Origin: a virus | Strand: one strand, 5' to 3' | UHGV virus genome: UHGV-0056732 | Length of the DNA: 12,987 nt | Shown: piece by piece, positions 8,124 to 12,987 of the stretch | Layout: every line of letters starts with the position of its first letter | Numbering within the stretch: position 1 is the first letter of the stretch | The notes under the pieces: model-generated | What the model was told of the DNA's origin: nothing | Seen by the model: the letters and a program-made list of their open reading frames with translations, nothing else | The model's database searches: none | Translations under genes and position numbers: made by a program

Positions 8124-8167
8124 TTATAAGAGCGACAATGATAAATTTATCACTATCGCTCTTATAA
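8124..8167. repeat. 44-bp near-perfect palindrome between convergent genes; possible terminator and/or protein-binding site
   Basis: TTATAAGAGCGACAAT-GATAAATTTATC-ACTATCGCTCTTATAA: 16-bp arms (14/16 complementary) around a perfect 12-bp palindromic core; followed by T-rich CTCTTTGTT; lies between the stop of the 106-aa ORF (7993) and the stop of the minus-strand 95-aa ORF (8197). Confidence 0.5.
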
Positions 8168-8196
8168 CTCTTTGTTAGCTATAGCTTTAAACAAAT

Positions 8197-8484
8197 TTAG
8201 TTTTGAGGCAATGCAACAAAAGTCAGCTCTTGATCTTTGATTAATGCTTTTGTTTGTTTGGATGTAATTCCCACTTTAGTTTTTACATCATTGTGGAGCT
8301 TCTTATACGCTTTTATTTCATCTGCTGTATATCGGAAGCCATTTGCACTGTTACTGGACAGTTGAAGTGCGATTACGTCATCACTGACACCCGCATCGCT
8401 TAGCTTAGCTATGCGGGTAATAGTGTGGCCTGCGCGAGTGTTTGGGGTGGATATTTTGTCTAAGAAATTGTTCAGTTTTTCCAT
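8197..8484 (-). CDS. Hypothetical small protein, 95 aa, possibly HTH DNA-binding, in an AT-rich island
   Basis: ATG at 8484 with SD AGAGG 9 nt upstream; segment HTITRIAKLSDAGVSDDVIALQL resembles a helix-turn-helix; visibly AT-rich flanks; own upstream region separated from the 263-aa gene by a terminator. Confidence 0.55.
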   Translation of the reverse strand: MEKLNNFLDKISTPNTRAGHTITRIAKLSDAGVSDDVIALQLSSNSANGFRYTADEIKAYKKLHNDVKTKVGITSKQTKALIKDQELTFVALPQN

Positions 8485-8706
8485 TGTTTACAACCTCTTA
8501 CTTGAGTTTATTGCCAGTAGAATTGCTACTATTCTTTTGCCTCAACGAATCACAATGTACTGGAATAAGAAACTATGAGCAATACTTACGCTTTGCGAAT
8601 ACAGAAGATGAATAATCAACTTATTACTAAAATGTTAATAATATTATTCTGTTACATAGTGTTCGCTATAACAATCGGGAGTTGAATGCTAATTCAATAA
8701 ATAAAG

Positions 8707-8732
8707 ACCCCGCCAATTGGCGGGTTCTTTTT
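8707..8732 (-). terminator. Rho-independent terminator just downstream of the 263-aa gene; also usable on the plus strand
   Basis: GC stem CCCGCC(8709-8714)/GGCGGG(8719-8724) with 4-nt loop AATT; T-run TTCTTTTT (8725-8732) on plus, GTCTTTATT on minus. Confidence 0.6.
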
Positions 8733-9519
8733 AATCACTTTCCACTTCTCCCGTGGTGTTTTCTTGCAGTTCTGTTAATGCAGCACGACATAGGTTCCGG
8801 GCATTGGCTATAGCCACACTTTTGACTTCATCCGTCATCGTGCAGGTAATGTACTGATCGAGTTCTTCATCGCGGATGATGCTTTTGCCAATCAGAAACT
8901 GTATTTGCCAGAGCAGATCGGCATCCATAATCAGAATTTCTGCCGGGCCTTCAGGGCCAGCCGGGAAGGAAACATAAGACTGTTTGCCCAGGCCGACAAC
9001 TCGACAACTTGCTTCAAGAATTGCGCGCTTGAGGTCTGACTTTATAACGGAAACAGGTTGATTTTCACCAGTGATTACGCCGTTGACATGGAAAGGCATG
9101 TAGCTTGAAATTCGCTCTACTTTCCATACGCCAGCAAGCGATCCTTCATGCAGCACAATGGGGGTAACCGCGAGTTTCATCTCACCATATAACTGCTGGC
9201 AGATAGCTGGATTGCTGAATACATCCAAAGGTTCACACTCAAACAGCGGCGCAATCTGCATGAGGTCCATCATGGTCATCCCTGGGGTACGAGCAGTAAT
9301 GAATCTGCGCATACCAGTATCCATTGCGCTCCAGATTGCTACACCATGCTTTTTGCTCACTTCTTCAGTAAAGCCAAGGTGGCACATGATGGTTTTTTCG
9401 ATAGCCAGATCAGAGATAGAAACCTTTTCGCCTGGCACTCCATCATTATTGACGGTCACTTCGACACTCTGGCCATTACGCAGGCGGTATTGAATTGTTT
9501 TAGTATTTTGTGCTGTCAT
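8731..9519 (-). CDS. Hypothetical protein, 262 aa, unknown function, directly downstream of ssb
   Basis: ATG at 9519 (MTAQNTK...) with SD GAGGAAA 7 nt upstream; the longer ORF to 9639 has no RBS; no terminator seen between ssb and this gene; terminator follows at 8707-8732. No family recognised; hhhhDxD-like ILIMDAD at residues 195-201 is weak, non-diagnostic evidence. Confidence 0.65.
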   Translation of the reverse strand: MTAQNTKTIQYRLRNGQSVEVTVNNDGVPGEKVSISDLAIEKTIMCHLGFTEEVSKKHGVAIWSAMDTGMRRFITARTPGMTMMDLMQIAPLFECEPLDVFSNPAICQQLYGEMKLAVTPIVLHEGSLAGVWKVERISSYMPFHVNGVITGENQPVSVIKSDLKRAILEASCRVVGLGKQSYVSFPAGPEGPAEILIMDADLLWQIQFLIGKSIIRDEELDQYITCTMTDEVKSVAIANARNLCRAALTELQENTTGEVESD

Positions 9520-9716
9520 AGTCTTTCCTCTGCTTAAAACCTGATGTATTGCGCCTTCAGGTGGGTCAGGAATGTTTTCCCACCAGCGAAAGCAATATCT
9601 CGGGGTGTTCTTTTCGTGAAAAGCGCGTGCCATTGCCAACTTTGGCGTTTTTTAGCGAGTTCGTGCTTTTGTTGGCGTTTGGACCACCGCTTTTCTTTCA
9701 GTCGTTTTTTACACAT

Positions 9717-10205
9717 TCAAAACGGAATATCGTCGTCAAAGTCCATTGGAGGTTCGTTATTGGCGTTGCTCTGAGGTTTACCGCCACCGCTGTATTGCTG
9801 GTGGTTTTGAGGTTGGTTTGATTGCCCCCAGCCATTTGAGGACTGTGAATCGTCACGGCGAGCGCCGATCATTTGCATGGTGCCGCCCTGGCTGACGATA
9901 ATTTCCGTCGTGTAACGTTCTACACCGGCGTCATCTGTCCACTTACGGGTTTTAAGTTTCCCTTCGATGTAGACCTGAGAACCTTTTCGTAAATACTCAC
10001 TCGCAATTTCAGCAAGTTTTCCGAACAAAACGACTTTATGCCATTCTGTTTGCTCTTTCTGTTGGCCCGTTTGCTTGTCGCGCCATGATTCATTCGTTGC
10101 GATGCTGAGTCTTCCGACCGCGACGCCATTTGGTATATACCTGATCTCCGGGTCTTGCCCCAGGGTACCAATCAGGATGACTTTGTTTACACCGCGTTGT
10201 GCCAC
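9717..10205 (-). CDS. ssb: Single-stranded DNA-binding protein (SSB), about 162 aa
   Basis: Canonical SSB OB-fold sequence ([20 protein letters not shown] ... [37 protein letters not shown]), Gly/Gln-rich tail and C-terminal [11 protein letters not shown]. Start taken as GTG at 10205 (MAQRGVNKV) by alignment to E. coli SSB; the ORF-track start at 10226 is a TTG. Confidence 0.9.
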   Translation of the reverse strand: MAQRGVNKVILIGTLGQDPEIRYIPNGVAVGRLSIATNESWRDKQTGQQKEQTEWHKVVLFGKLAEIASEYLRKGSQVYIEGKLKTRKWTDDAGVERYTTEIIVSQGGTMQMIGARRDDSQSSNGWGQSNQPQNHQQYSGGGKPQSNANNEPPMDFDDDIPF

Positions 10206-10224
10206 TTTTCTTACCCAATAAAAC

Positions 10225-10241
10225 AAATTAATTAGAGCAAT
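10225..10241 (-). promoter_or_regulatory. Near-consensus P1 C1-repressor operator in the ssb/lyz divergent control region
   Basis: Minus strand reads ATTGCTCTAATTAATTT, 16 of 17 matches to the recalled P1 C1 operator consensus ATTGCTCTAATAAATTT; lies 20-36 bp upstream of the ssb GTG start. Confidence 0.55.
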
Positions 10242-10268
10242 AATGTATATCTTTGAAACGTAGCTAAC

Positions 10269-10287
10269 AAGTGATTTGCATTATCCT
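10269..10287 (+). promoter_or_regulatory. Candidate P1-type late promoter for lyz
   Basis: AAGTGATTT (10269-10277) - GCAT - TATCCT (10282-10287); same architecture and spacing as the lydA-upstream element. Confidence 0.4.
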
Positions 10288-10374
10288 GTGCCTTCTAAAG
10301 GGATCGAGTCAGTCGGTATTGGCTGTGAATGGGTGTTTGTCCTGGAGCGTAAAAAATTCGCTTATGAGGTCTTT

Positions 10375-10932
10375 ATGAAGGGAAAAACAGCCGCAGGAGG
10401 CGGTGCAATTTGCGCTATCGCGGTGATGATTACCATCGTGATGGGTAATGGCAATGTGCGAACCAACCAGGCGGGGCTTGAGCTGATTGGTAACGCTGAA
10501 GGTTGCCGACGTGATCCATACATGTGCCCTGCGGGGGTATGGACTGACGGGATCGGTAATACACACGGGGTAACGCCGGGTGTGCGAAAAACCGACCAGC
10601 AAATCGCCGCTGATTGGGAAAAGAATATCCTGATCGCTGAACGCTGTATTAATCAGCACTTCCGGGGCAAAGACATGCCCGATAATGCCTTCAGTGCAAT
10701 GACAAGCGCGGCATTCAATATGGGATGCAATAGCTTACGGACCTACTACAGCAAAGCGCGAGGCATGCGAGTAGAAACGTCCATCCACAAGTGGGCGCAG
10801 AAAGGGGAATGGGTGAATATGTGTAACCATCTCCCTGATTTCGTGAACAGTAACGGCGTGCCCCTGCGAGGTTTAAAGATTCGCCGTGAAAAAGAACGCC
10901 AGCTTTGCCTGACGGGACTGGTCAATGAATAA
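10375..10932 (+). CDS. lyz: SAR endolysin (T4-type lysozyme with N-terminal signal-anchor-release domain), 185 aa
   Basis: ATG at 10375 with GAGG SD; N-terminus MKGKTAAGGGAICAIAVMITIVMGNG is a Gly/Ala-rich weakly hydrophobic SAR helix; Cys13, Cys44, Cys51 with Glu42 and Thr57 reproduce the disulfide-isomerisation arrangement described for P1 Lyz; lysozyme core (NAEGCRRDPYMCPAGVWTDGIGNTHGV). Confidence 0.9.
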   Translation: MKGKTAAGGGAICAIAVMITIVMGNGNVRTNQAGLELIGNAEGCRRDPYMCPAGVWTDGIGNTHGVTPGVRKTDQQIAADWEKNILIAERCINQHFRGKDMPDNAFSAMTSAAFNMGCNSLRTYYSKARGMRVETSIHKWAQKGEWVNMCNHLPDFVNSNGVPLRGLKIRREKERQLCLTGLVNE

Positions 10933-11179
10933 ACTCCGGCAGCTCCGCCGACTTTCGACAATGAAGTTATCGCTGGCGGCGATAGTTTTCGACTCGATTT
11001 TCATGGCGGTATATGTGCTCAATGAGACGTGGCCACTGGAACCGCTATTGTATGCCGGGCTTCGGCTGTGCCTGACATTTTTGAGCATGGCTGCAAGATT
11101 GATGCAGCAGAAAGAAACCGCTTCAGATTGTCCACGCCGCGCGGTGCGCAAATATATGGCACGCAGGCGAAGGCGATAA
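10925..11179 (+). CDS. Hypothetical small membrane protein, 84 aa, coupled to lyz; candidate lysis accessory (holin/antiholin-like)
   Basis: ATG at 10925 overlaps the lyz stop (ATGAATAA); two hydrophobic segments (LSLAAIVFDSIFMAVYVL; LLYAGLRLCLTFLSMAARL); Arg-rich C-terminus ARRRRR; followed by a terminator. Confidence 0.5.
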   Translation: MNKLRQLRRLSTMKLSLAAIVFDSIFMAVYVLNETWPLEPLLYAGLRLCLTFLSMAARLMQQKETASDCPRRAVRKYMARRRRR

Positions 11180-11192
11180 TAGTTAACGAGAA

Positions 11193-11218
11193 CCCCGGCA
11201 GCCGCCGGGGTTATTTTT
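11193..11218 (+). terminator. Rho-independent terminator ending the lyz transcription unit
   Basis: Stem CCCCGGC(11193-11199)/GCCGGGG(11204-11210), loop AGCC, then TTATTTTT (11211-11218); sits between convergent lyz-side genes and pro. Confidence 0.65.
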
Positions 11219-11223
11219 GGTGG

Positions 11224-12987
<1,764 letters not shown>

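Noticed and set aside
8731-9639. Longer 302-aa version of the ssb-linked gene starting at 9639
   Set aside because: No RBS at 9639, whereas the internal ATG at 9519 has a good SD (GAGGAAA); the upstream extension is read as leader.
9534-9716. 60-aa highly basic ORF starting at the ssb stop codon
   Set aside because: No SD, and the lysine/arginine richness is explained by an A-rich leader sequence; treated as untranslated leader, though coupling to ssb cannot be excluded.
9544-10226. Plus-strand ORFs in the ssb-leader region and the minus ORF 9920-10171 inside ssb; TTG start at 10226 for ssb
   Set aside because: Shadow ORFs. For ssb, alignment to canonical SSB N-termini supports the GTG at 10205 rather than the upstream TTG.
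10276-10374. N-terminal extension of lyz (ORF-track start at 10276)
   Set aside because: The extension runs through the promoter region; ATG at 10375 has an SD and yields the canonical SAR-endolysin N-terminus.

Overview
The window reads as a segment of a P1-like temperate phage / phage-plasmid, identified from sequence features and recalled knowledge of phage P1 (no database search was possible). Left to right: the edge of an invertible tail-fibre segment (cix-like crossover site) with a Cin/Gin-type serine invertase (minus strand); an AT-rich spacer carrying a candidate small membrane-protein gene; a long plus-strand late operon lydA (holin) - lydB - hdf - darA - ddrA - ddrB plus a coupled 106-aa acidic ORF, i.e. 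the virion-packaged Dar anti-restriction module; an AT-rich accessory island with a 95-aa gene and a 263-aa gene of unknown function, the latter directly downstream of ssb; a divergent ssb/lyz control region with a near-consensus P1 C1-repressor operator; a SAR endolysin (lyz) with a coupled small membrane protein; and the 3' end of a head module (prohead protease and a 5'-truncated putative portal gene). No rRNA, tRNA, CRISPR array or IS element was seen. The best candidates for undescribed biology are the ssb-linked 263-aa gene with the adjacent AT-rich island, the small membrane ORF between cin and lydA, and the ParB-like plus HExxH architecture of the DdrB-like protein. Gene names rest on P1 synteny and motif recognition and need homology confirmation.
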